Shown here piece by piece: positions 11,701 to 22,900 of a DNA stretch of 64,000 nt. The DNA is from Guillardia theta CCMP2712 (Eukaryota; Protista; Cryptophyta), in contig NW_005434616.1 of NCBI RefSeq assembly GCF_000315625.1, positions 376,805 through 440,804 on the forward strand, given 5' to 3'. How positions within the stretch are numbered: the stretch's first letter is position 1; each line of letters starts with the position of its first letter. Position numbers and translations under genes: made by a program. The notes beneath the pieces are model-generated. The model was not told the DNA's origin, made no database searches, and saw only the letters and a program-made list of their open reading frames with translations.

Positions 11701-12541
11701 ACATGTTCACTGCGGAGGCTCTAGAGCAGGTAGAGTCCATCTTCCCTGTCCAGCTCTCCCCCTCCAAGGGCCGCCATACGGCTCTGCAGCAAAATCATGT
11801 TGCTGATCCCACAGTGCAGTTCCTCCGCAGGTACAACTTCAGCCACCTTGTACGAGCACACGAGGTCCGCAAGACCGGGTTTCAGGTATCTCCTTGGGGC
11901 GTCTGCTGGGGTGGTTGACCTGTAGCAGGTTCAGCAGCACGCGAAGATGGTAACGCTCTTCAGCTCCAGTGGCTACTGCGGGTCGAACAACGAGGCCTGC
12001 TGTATTCTCGCTTGCGAGGTGCCTCCCCGAACCCCCCCCCCCCCGCGCACTCTTCCTGACCCCTTCCGTCAGGGCAAGATCAGGTTCATTCGGCTAGAGC
12101 ATACCCGGATCCAGCGGCCACTTCAAAGTTCGTCGCTGGCTACTCGAGCTGCAGGTCCAAACTCGCCCTCCCGTTCCCCTTCTGCCTTTATCGTCCTCTT
12201 CCTCCTCTTCCTCCGCTTCCCCCTCCATTCTTTGTCTCATCCACCACTTTTACTGTCCCTTGACTTCCTCCTCTGCCTCCCTGCCTCCCTGCCTCCCTGC
12301 TCCCTGCTCCCTCTATTCGCCACGCTGAACTGTTTTGTCCAGCTGCTTGCAGTGCCCTCGTCCATTCCGTCAACGAAACAACTCAGACGGAGAAGCCGCT
12401 GCCGCCGCAAACATCTCAGGGCTCAGACTCGGCGAAACCCAAGGCAAGTTGAACATGCTGCGACTTTGGTTGGCCGCTGAGCGTCTGCAGGACGGCGACT
12501 CCGATGATGATGATGACGACGACGACGATGCGGACGACTGA
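8703..12541 (+). CDS. PPP-family Ser/Thr protein phosphatase with a long N-terminal extension, multi-exon (start uncertain)
   Basis: GDIHG, GDYVDRG, LRGNHE, HGG, DLMWNDP, VRAHEV and TLFSSSGYCG motifs at 11040-12000; acidic C-terminal tail. Confidence 0.9.
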
Positions 12542-12559
12542 GAGTCTGGGAGTGAAAAG

Positions 12560-13320
12560 GCGGCCGGTACCGGGCGGGCCCAGCCTTCGAGTCGGGTCCG
12601 GCTGCCGCTGCTTTGAAAGGCGACAGGGAACACACAGCCTCAACACTGATATCACTTGAAGCATTGAATGGCTGGATCATATGATTTTGTTCAGAAGTTC
12701 ACAGTAAAGCTACTGTCCGGCTGGGACATCAATCACTGGTCACCGTGTCAGTTCACACTGAGCCGGGCGGCCCGGCCCGGGCTGCCGCATCACCGACCGG
12801 TGACTGTGAGGGATGTGACTTCCGAAGTTGCCGGGCGACTGTCAGCAGTATGACCCCTACCCCCTTGGAAATATGGCTCCTTCTTCACTACCGGGTACAT
12901 TCTCTATCATTTCATGGATCTGAGGGAGGTAGGGGTTACCAGACCCTCCGGCAAGAGTGATGGTGGTAGGGTACTTGGTCGGAATGAAAGTCGTTCTCAT
13001 GACCGGGTGGTTCTACTGTCAAGGGGAGGGTAATCAGGGGTAGGGTACGATAGTGGGGAAAAGCCGCATTTCGTGATGTAGGGGGTGATAAGTACTCATA
13101 TGGGGGGTAGGGGGTGGTATCGGTACGTCCGTCCCCTATCGGCTGCATTTCCTCAAAACCGAGGAGTGAAGCTTTTTAGGGTGGTGCGGCCTTGAAGGGG
13201 GTGGGGTTAGTCAAATGGGGGTAGGGGTCATCATATTTCTCTGTCTTCGTCTCTGCTCAGATCTTTGTACAGTGGGTGAGGGTGGACAACATGGGGGTAG
13301 GGGGTACCAAAATGGTCCGA
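12560..13320. promoter_or_regulatory. Intergenic GC island plus GGGGTA cluster
   Basis: ccgg-rich 12560-12840 with CACTGAG at 12756; ggggta repeats at 12850-13310. Confidence 0.4.
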
Positions 13321-13514
13321 ACCTAGTTTTCTGATAATTTGACCTGATGAAGAATGGAAGTCAAAAATGCCAGACGATAAGATCGGACGCACGAATGGGA
13401 GAGGCTTAGCAAGACGAGAATGGCACAGAGGAGGAGATAGAGAGGAGGAGGAGGAGGAGGAGGATGTGATAGAGAGGAGGAGGAGGAGGAGGAGGAGGAG
13501 GAGGAGGAGGAGGA

Positions 13515-13614
13515 NNNNNNNNNNNNNNNNNNNNNNNNNNNNNNNNNNNNNNNNNNNNNNNNNNNNNNNNNNNNNNNNNNNNNNNNNNNNNNNNNNNNNN
13601 NNNNNNNNNNNNNN
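13515..13614. other. Assembly gap (100 N) next to a (GGA)n tract
   Basis: Run of N. Confidence 1.
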
Positions 13615-14007
13615 CATTTAAAGGCCCGCACGATAACCAAGCAATCAGAAGAGAGAGAGGGAGAATGAGAGGGAGGGAGGGAGGGAGGGAAGGAGCAAAG
13701 GGTGGAGACGGGGGGAGATGGAGGGAGGGACAGAGACAGAGACAGAGAGAGGGAGGGGGAGGGACGGAGGGTCGGAGGGAGGTAGAGAGAGAGGCAGGGG
13801 GGGGTGCGGAGGAGTGCATTATAGCGAGTTCAAGTAAAGTTAGCATAGGAGTTGAGAAGTGAGAAAACTTCATTAAAGGAAACTGAAGCGGTGAATGATG
13901 GTGGTAACGAATGCACAACAATCCTGTTTAAAAGCGCATCTTCAGGCCAAACCGCACGAGTCAACATGATGATGTTATTGAAGCCTTTGAATCGGCGATT
14001 CAATTTC

Positions 14008-17000
14008 ATGGGGGATTCTGCATACGGACAGAAAGCAGTCGTGCCCATGGATGACAAGAGGATAGTGGAGCTGCTGCGATTGATCGAAGGGTACAAGGAT
14101 GAGCTCCCGCACCCCAGGTTGAGGTTGAAGTCCGCAAGGCTGGACAAGGTTGGAAGCAGTCACAGAGCTCTTTCTGCTCTTTCGTGTTTTGGATTCGAAT
14201 GTGATGTTGGTTCCAGTTTGCTACCGGAATGCTTCGATGGCAGCCCCGACAGGTGTGTATGCGATGTAGTGGAATGTAGCGTGATGCTTTTCGTCATCCT
14301 GTTGATTATGGCTGGTACCTTGTTGCCATGCTGTTTCTGCACCCAGTCTCTGGAATATCTTCTGAAGTTACAGAATTTGTTTCAACTGTCTCGAATGGTT
14401 GAATGTGCCTCAACTGTGCAGGTCATGGTCACGAAGCAATTTTTGGTGATAGCGAAAGATGGATCCAAGGTTGCCAACGAGGTCGTACCCTTGCACGAGG
14501 TGGAGCATGTGGAGGCGGTGGAGGACGAGGGGCAGTTAATCCGGAGGTGAGAGTAGTTTGTCTGTCAGAGTCAAAGTCTGATCCGAAGGCAGGATATCCG
14601 TCTTTGACAAGCGAGTAGGTGAGCGATGAGTATGGACCTGAAGTTTTATGTTGTTTACTTTATGCCAAAAAGAATCGAGCTTATATGACAAGCCCAAGCC
14701 AGTCACTTGCTTTGAGATTTCAACGATCAACAATGGTTACAATGCGGGGAGGAAGTATTGCTTTCGGACGAACGGAGAGGCTGAGCGAGACGAATGGATC
14801 TCTTTCTTGGTCTCAGCCTCCAAGTCTGCAAGAGACAAGCAGAGAAAAGCTAATCCCGAGTTGTCAAAGATTGCTTGGATTCAGCTTGTTCTAAGAGACA
14901 AGCTTCAGTCCGAGACCTTCCAGGTCATTATCTCCGTCATAATCCTCACGAATTTTGTTATCAATATTCTGGCTGCTGAATATTTGCCCGACGACAACGG
15001 TGTCAACATTTCTCTCTTTGAAAAGTTCGACATGTTGTTTACTGCAATCTACTCACTTGAATTGATACTCCTGCTGTTTGCTTACGGTTGGAGCTTCTTT
15101 CTAGACGGTTGGAAGATCTTTGACTTCGTGGTATGTATTTGTTCTGCACCTCTCCACAACTTTCTCCTGATAGTTGCTTATAACTTGTTTGGTAGATCGT
15201 TGGAATCAGTATCGCTGCATTTACAATCGCAGCGAAAGTGAGAATCTTTCCTTCACGATGTACATTCATTCTCATCAATGCTTTCTCACAGAGCAAATTC
15301 CAAATCCTACGTCTCATCCGAGTCTTTCGAGCGGTCAAGGCTCTACAGATCTTTGCTTCTTTCCGACAGATCATCAATGCTCTCATGTTCGCAGCTTTCT
15401 AGAAATGCTCTTGAGCTAACGACGCCCTGCAGAAGCTCCTTCACGCCTGTCTTGAGCTCGTTCGTCATCCTCGTCCTTGTCACTTGCATCTATGCCGTCT
15501 TGGCTGTCAACTTGTTCCAAGAACGCAATCCTGCCCTCTTCGGAGATTTCAAGCGAGCGCTTTTCACCATGTTTACAGTGAGACAATTATCTCCTTCCTG
15601 TCTGCTGGTCGAGAGCTTGTTCATCTACGCCTCGAGTTTCCTCCCTCCCGTGTTGAACCTTCTGTAACATTAACATGTTTTTGTCGTGTGACAATGAGTG
15701 ACCTGGTGCTCAAGTTTCGATCTCGTGTCTATGTGGCGCGAACAGCTGAAAACATTTTGATTACACTGAGACATCTCTTTCTCAGATCAGCACGGGAGAC
15801 AGCTGGAGAGATGCTACTCGGACTCTCTTCCTGAGCCCCGACGACTTTTCAGCTCCCATCGCTCTCTTCATCACCTCTTACGTCATCATCGGTCTCCCCC
15901 TTTCAACGCTCTTCACGTCTGCTGAACTTTCTCCTTGCCCTCAGCCGGCATCGTCCTGATCAACGTCGTCATTGCCGTCCTGATTGGTGACCCCTTGCTC
16001 GCTGACTCGCTCGTTCGTGCTCACGGCCGGCAGATGAATTCTCCGGCTCTGTCGCCAAGGAGAAGGAGGCTCGCAAGCGGCAGACTCTGCACACCCTTGA
16101 CAGTGTAATCTCGTCCTATTCGGGGCCCATCGACCCGCTGCTCTACTCTCTCATCCACTACAACACCAACGAGGATCTCAGCAAGAAGATCCAGCAGCTC
16201 TTTGACTTCCTTGATGCGGACGACAGCAACTTCCTCTCCTTCTCTGAGATTGAGCAGGGGCTGCGCATGATGAAGATCGGGAGCAGGATGCACTTCTCCA
16301 TGGAGGACTACGAAGAGCTCACGCGCTATGGGGCCATGTGCAACGAGGACCAGGAGATCGACCGAGAGAACTTTGAGAAGATGATCAGGACGGAGCTCAA
16401 GCGCTTCGTGCAGAGGAGGATGGCGGCGTCGATGATCGAGGATGCGGCAGCGTCCGACCAGATGTCCCCCGTGTTCATGGTGTTGAAGCAAATCATCCTT
16501 GACATCGAGGAGGTAGCTGTTTCCTCATCCCTTCTCCTGCCCTTTACCTGCTTCTTCCTCTGATTCCCCCTCCCCTTCCTTCACCCTCCCGTTATCCCTC
16601 CTCCTCTATCGCATCTTGATTTACCACTCGTTCTGTCCCGTTCTCCCATCTCCATCCCCCTTCTTGCTCTCTTCCTTTCCTCTTCTTTCAATGGTTCTCC
16701 TCCTCCTCCTCCTCCTCCTCCTCCTCCTCCTCCTCTTCCCCTCCATTTTCCTTCTCTCCCTTTTCCTCCTCCTCCTCCTCCTCCTCCTCCTCCTCCTCCT
16801 TCCCTCCCTTTTATTCGCTTATCTTTCGCTCCAGCTCTCTAAGAAATCAGCGTCCGAGCCTTCAAAGGTCAGTTTGCCTGTGAACCTCCACCGGCTCGTT
16901 GACCCTGGCGGTAGGTGCAGACTCAAGGCTTAGGAGCAAGTGAACCCTCGGCCAACGGGTCAGCCTCGGAAGACATCAAAGACTTCCTGGCCAAGCACAT

Positions 17001-18930
17001 GAAGGCCTACGATAGGAAACTTGACGCCATCCTGCGGGCTGTGAGAGGGTCAGCTGCTGGTGGGGCAGCTGGGGCAGGAGCTGGAGGGGGAGCTGGGGTG
17101 GCGGAGCCGGTGAACAGGCCGAGGACGTGGACAGGAAGAGAATCGTCTCAGGTCTTGTTCGAGGACAGCGCACCGAACGTCATCAAGGAGGAGAAGAAGA
17201 AGATGAGAGCGACAGTGCATGGGGCAGGCGCGCAGGAACGGCTAAGAAGAAGTCAGAACGAGATCGTGATCTCAAGGAGGCAGGCGAAGGAAGGGGCCTC
17301 TTCTTCCAGATCTCCCACCAGGAGGGAACGAGCTACAGTCGATCTTGACGAGCTGGAGGAGGCGTTCACTCGAGTTGTGAGCATGCCCTCCAAGCTGGAG
17401 CACAGGGCGGGCAAGCCGACGCCCCTCCTGCTCGAGGGATACTTGGAGCCGATAAAGGAAAAGGACAAGGGACGCGAGAAGGGAAGTGGGAAGACGCCGA
17501 AGGAGGGAGATGGCGAGGCTGGGAAGCAGGTTGCGAAGCGAGAGCATCATTCCAAGAGCGAGAAAGTGTCAGTGATGAAGTTCATCCTTGACTCCACGGG
17601 CTTTCTCCTCGTCAAGGTCCCATGGAAGCAGATCCCAGCTGACCCCCTGCTGCTCTCCAAGACCCGCCTGCTGGGCAGCTCCAACGTGGACGACATGTGC
17701 AGAGGATGCAAAGCTTGCAGGACGGGATTGACCCGCCAGGGAGTCCTCCTCTTCGACGCTCAGTTCGTCTACCTCACCGTGCAGATTCCTCTAGATGACA
17801 AGACCAAGAGCGTCCTCTCCGCCTCTGAGATCGTCCCTTCCCAGCTGATTCCCAGCTCAGGGGTGGACAAGTGGCCGAATGTTCGCTCCTCCTGCTCCAA
17901 CGTGCTGAGAGGGCTGGGTATCACAGTGACGCTTCCAGAAAAGTACTCAGAGGTATGTTGTTGTTGTTGATGATGATGATGTTGATGTTGTTGATGTTGT
18001 TGTTTTTGTTGTTGATGTTGATGATGATGATGATGATGGTTTTTGTCTTGGTGGTGATGATAGACGGTGATGATAGTAGAGTTTGGAATCATGTAGATAG
18101 GGAGGAGGATCAGCGGCAAGTTGGCAGGATAGTGCTGTGTACATGAGATCTCTCAAGTATCTATCAAGTTTGACAATCTCAAGTATCTATCAAGTTTGAC
18201 AAGTTGCCCTGCAGCTGGTGCAGATCGTGTCGGACGATGGCAAGCATCACCTCGACTGCTTTCACGTCAAGAGGTGACACGAAATGTACCCCTTTGCTGG
18301 TTGAACCCCTTCAGCTGGATGTCCAGCTGGATGTCCACCTGGAGGTAGCTGGTGGACTCGAGCTGAGCCCAAACCGCACCTCCTCTGCTTTCCTTCCCCC
18401 CCTTGCTTTCGTCCCCCTGCCTCCTCCTGCCTCCTCCTGCCCCCTGCCTCCTCCTGCCTCCTCCCTCTCACTGATCTGCTTCTCCCAGTACCTCTCTCGA
18501 CCTCCACAAGCAGGTGGTATGCGATGGAACCTTCGAGCAGGGGTGCGCCTTTCTCGTTACTTGCCCTCCTCCTCCTGACCCAGCACAGGCACATCCTCGC
18601 TTCCCCCGCCTCCAGAGAAGTCTGCTCCATCCTCCCCGCAAAGATCCCGGTGACTCCTCCAACTCCCCGTCCAGCTGAACCCGGTACTCATCAGCTGGGC
18701 CGCAGGTGGATCGCACAACGCTGAAGTTCCTGTCGTTGGTATCTCAAGTGCTCATCACAAGAACCCTCTCACTCCCTGGAGCAGATCCGAGGGAGAGACT
18801 GAGTTTCATCTGATCCCTTCCACGCTCCTGCAGAGCGACGGTCGTCCTCTCTCTACCTTTGGGCTGGACTTCCTCCTTGCTCCCTCAGTTTGTTTCCTCT
18901 GCCGGCTGCTCCTCGTTCGGCATATGTTGT
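14008..18930 (+). CDS. Single-domain (6TM) voltage-gated cation channel, EukCat/BacNav-like, with N-terminal PH domain, EF-hand and long C-tail; the 3' part may be a separate gene
   Basis: PH-like 'FEISTINNGYNAGRKYCFRTNGEAERDEWISFL'; S1-S3 'FQVIISVIILTNF...FTAIYSLELIL...DGWKIFDFVV'; S4 'ILRLIRVFRAVK'; pore 'FGDFKRALFTMFT|ISTGDSW'; S6 'LINVVIAVLI'; EF-hand 'FDFLDADDSNFLSFSEI'. Confidence 0.85.
18151..18202 (+). repeat. Perfect 26-bp tandem duplication (intronic)
   Basis: TCTCAAGTATCTATCAAGTTTGACAA x2. Confidence 0.95.
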
Positions 18931-19094
18931 GACACCGATGCGCCTGCTGTTTGCTCCCCATCTTCATTCTTGTCATGGTAAACATGACTACGACTTGAAG
19001 ACTCTGCCTGTTGCCACTTCGGTCCCTCCACGTCTAAGGATGGACTGAGCGTCAGGAGGTATATTCGCAAGTTTACCTCATCTCTTGTTAGACT

Positions 19095-19194
19095 NNNNNN
19101 NNNNNNNNNNNNNNNNNNNNNNNNNNNNNNNNNNNNNNNNNNNNNNNNNNNNNNNNNNNNNNNNNNNNNNNNNNNNNNNNNNNNNNNNNNNNNN
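19095..19194. other. Assembly gap (100 N) next to a (CCT)n tract
   Basis: Run of N. Confidence 1.
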
Positions 19195-19966
19195 CCTCCT
19201 CCTCCTCCTCCTCCTCCTCCTCCTCCTCCTCCTCCTCCTCCTCCTCCTCCTCCTCCTCCCGCTCCTCCTCCTCCCGCTCCTCCTCCTCCCGCTCCTCCTC
19301 CTCCCGCTCCTCCTACTCCCGCTCCTCCTCCTGCTCCCGCTCCCGCTTCTCCCACTCCTGTCTCGCAGTCCTGCTCTTCATCCGTCAAACTCCTCTTTGT
19401 CAACTCCAAGGATCGAAAATCCTCATGTGGGGTGGGTGGTGTTGAAATTTTAAGGAATAGCCTGCAAGTACGGGGTACTTTTATTTGAAAATGAGGGTAA
19501 AGATAAGGTGGGTAGTTGGGGATCCTAGTAGGGGTTCAGGTGGTGGGATTCGACAGCGAAGCAACATTCCATGCAAAGTCTGGAGGACGAGGAGGACGAG
19601 GAGGACGAGGAGGACGAGGAGGAGGAGGCGAAGGAGAGAGCAGGGTGGATGGAAAGATAGATCAGATGCGACGAGGATATGTTGAGATAAGAGAGGAGAA
19701 CGGAAGACTCTACGGAGTTGAGGAGAACAAAAGATGGAAATATCAGGTCAAGAGGAGGAGGAGGCGTTGAATCCGGTGATGTGGGCGAGCATTTCAAGAT
19801 GGTAGGAGAGGAGAGGAGAGGAGAGAAGAAACTAAGAAGCAGGCAGGAAGATTGGAGTGAAGGGTGAGAGAAAGGGAAGGAGGGGGGTCCTGACCCGCAG
19901 CACCTGATCTCCTTGCCTGACGTCTCCTGCAGTGTCCCTTTGGCTTCACTTCTGCTGTCGAGTCAG

Positions 19967-22900
19967 ATGTCCGACCCCATTGAGGAAGCGAGCGAGGTGG
20001 GAGGTAGCCAAGGCGACAAGGATGCGAGTCAAAGTGGGTCGAAGAAGAAGCATCAATGGCAGGCGATCCGAACCACGTGGTTGAAGGATTGCGAGGAAGA
20101 GGAAGAGCATGCGCAATATGCTGAGCAAGAAGAAGGAGCGGAGGAGGAGATCTTGCCGATCGACGCGTCACCTTATCGGCCCATTGCTGTCTTCAAGCAT
20201 GAGAAGGTGAAGGGCGTCGAAGGGGGGGGTATGTTGTTTCTTGGTGATGGGGCGATGTGCTGAGGTCGATGCTTCAAGGTGCATCTGAAGGTTCAGAGGA
20301 CGAGGTCGGAGGCGTGTCAACGATTCCGGACATGATGAGCAATGTATGTGACTTGGGTCTGATTGAAGTTGCGAGATCAGCAGCTGATGTTGTTCTTGCG
20401 GTAGGCCAGAGCATTGTACAACAAGACCGTCAACACTCCTTCGATGGAGGATCATGGGAACATGGAGAAGAGAAGGTGAGCAGATGATGATCATAGAGTG
20501 GTGAAGATGATGAAGAAAACGAGCAGGAGATTCTTTCAGGACCATGCTGGGGAAGGCGACGAGAAAGAGCAGGAGCAGGAGCATCAAAATGGACATGGCG
20601 CACAGCATGCGGGGGAAGGAAGCTTTGTCGATCAGATTCCAGCAGCACGGCAAGACCAAGACGATCAGGGTCGAGGGGAGGAGGTGATGGTGGAGAGGGT
20701 CGAAGAGGTGGAAGGGGAGGAGGAGGTGGTGGAGAGGGTCGAAGAGGTGGAAGGGGAGGAGGAGGAGGAGGAGGAGGAGGAGGAGAGGGTCGAAGAGGTG
20801 GAAGGGGGAGGAGGAGGAGGAGGAGGAGGAGGAGGAGAGGGTACGAAGGAGGAGAGGGTCGAAGAGGTGGAAGGGGAGGAGGAGGAGGAGGAGGAGGAAA
20901 GGGTCGAAGAGGTGGAAGGGGAGGAGGAGGAGGAGGAGGAGGAGAGGCTAGAGGGGAAGCAGGAAGAGATCAGAGATATCGAAAATGCGACTGAGGGCAG
21001 CGATGAGCAAGCGATGCCATCTCAAAGGTTCAAGTGTTTTGTTCCGTCCCAACTGGCGCGAAACTTTGACGTCTGTTATCATCAGGGAAGAAGGAGCAGG
21101 GGAAGAAGGATTGGGCGAGCCGGAGCAGGGAGAGAAGAACGACCATGAGGAGGAGGGAGGGCAAGAGGGAGGACAGGAGGAGATCTTCGAGGAGACAGCC
21201 ATGGAGGACCACCAGGAGGAAGAGCAGGAGGAGGCGGGAGAATCCAACTCGATCTCGCCAGTGAAGAATGTTCTCACTTGCTATCCCCTCCTGCTGCTCC
21301 CTAACTTTCCTCACAGGCTTCGAAACTCCCTCGTGGTCCCGATGCCGAGGGATTTGCTGGCAGAGGAAGGGCACCCCCTCTTCTTCCCAAGGTGCCCTCC
21401 CTCCCCCTCCTCCCTGTCCTCCCCATCCGCTTCGAACTCACCTCATCCTCCTGCAACCTCCCCCCACCGCCTTCCCCCCGCCTCTTACAACTGCTGCTCT
21501 CTTTCCTCGTTCTCTTCGCTGTCATCTTGTTTTTCTCGTATTCCTGCACGTTCCTCTCATGCTCTTACTGCTCGTCTCTGTTCCACCATCGTTTGCTTCC
21601 CCTCCTCTCTTCAACTTGTCTCTTATCTTGTTCTTCGCCATCCCATCCTTTCCTCCCCTTGTCATTCCTCCCCTCCCTCATCCTCCCCTCCTTCCTCTCT
21701 CCCTCTTCCTATCCTCACATCTTCTTTCCCCTTGGTTTCTAGGAGGAACCGCTTCCGCAGCGCCGCCGGTTGAGAACCCGAGACCCTCCTTCCTCTCTGC
21801 TGCCCACCCAGCAGACAAATCACCCTCGAGCTGACAATGGAGTAGACGCGCCTGCTGTTTACGAGGAGCCTGTCGTGGGAGGAGGAGGAAGAGGACTGGG
21901 AGGAGGAATTTCTGGAAGAAGAGGAGGAGCAACCCTGGGAAGAGGAGGAGCAACCCTGGGAAGAGGAGGAGTAACCGTGGGGAGGGTGGATTTAGCAGGA
22001 AGGGGGAGGGCAGGAGGAGCAAGGATTGTTACTGCGCCAGGAAGGCAAGGAGCTGAACCTGTAGTGCTACAGCCAGGGTTCAGCGAGATCAAGACTAGTC
22101 CACCCATTCTCCCTCCTCCTCCCTCCTCCTGGCATCCCTCTTGGGTAAAGCCCGCTGCAAGCGCCCCGCAAGCTCAAGGGTCGGGCCCCATAGCTGGTCC
22201 TCCCCGATCTCTGGGAGCTCCGTTGATCTCCTCCTCGAAGCTTGGCGAGATGCCGCGGGACTCAAGGCAGGAGCAGAGGAAGTTGCCGGCACCAGCAGGA
22301 TGGATGCAGGCTGAGTTCACGGGAGTGACGTCAGATACCGAGAGGAGTAGGACCAAGGAAGATATCCGGAGGCTCGAGCTGGCCTGGCAGATGAGGATCA
22401 ACCTGGACCTGGAGGAGGTGGAGAAGGCGGAGGAGGAGATCAAGAAGATGCAGGAGCAGGTGGGGATCTGCTCTGGCGCGCTGAGCAGGATAGCTGAGGA
22501 GGTCAGGCAGCAGCAGCAGCTTGTAGCTCCTTTCCAGAAGAGGATGAAGGGTATCCTGATCGAGCTGGAGAGGTTGCAGGAGGAGCGAAGGAGCATCAGG
22601 GAGGAGGAGGAGGAGGTGAGGAAGGGGCCAACGTTGGAGGACCGGAACAAGAGGACGATGGAGTTCTCGTCTCTTGTGCAGTACGGCAGACCTGATGATG
22701 CTGAGGTGAGCGGAAGGAGGCGGAGAAGGGGAAGGGAAGAGAGGAGGGGAGGAAGGAGGAACAGCGATTGAGGGAAGGAGTGGGAGGGAGAGAGGGATGG
22801 AGTGACCAGGGGGATGGGGCAGGAAGGGAGGGAGGGAGGGAGATGGGGATGAAGGAGAGAAAGCAAGTTGGGATGTCTGCATTGGGTTGTTCGGCTGAAA

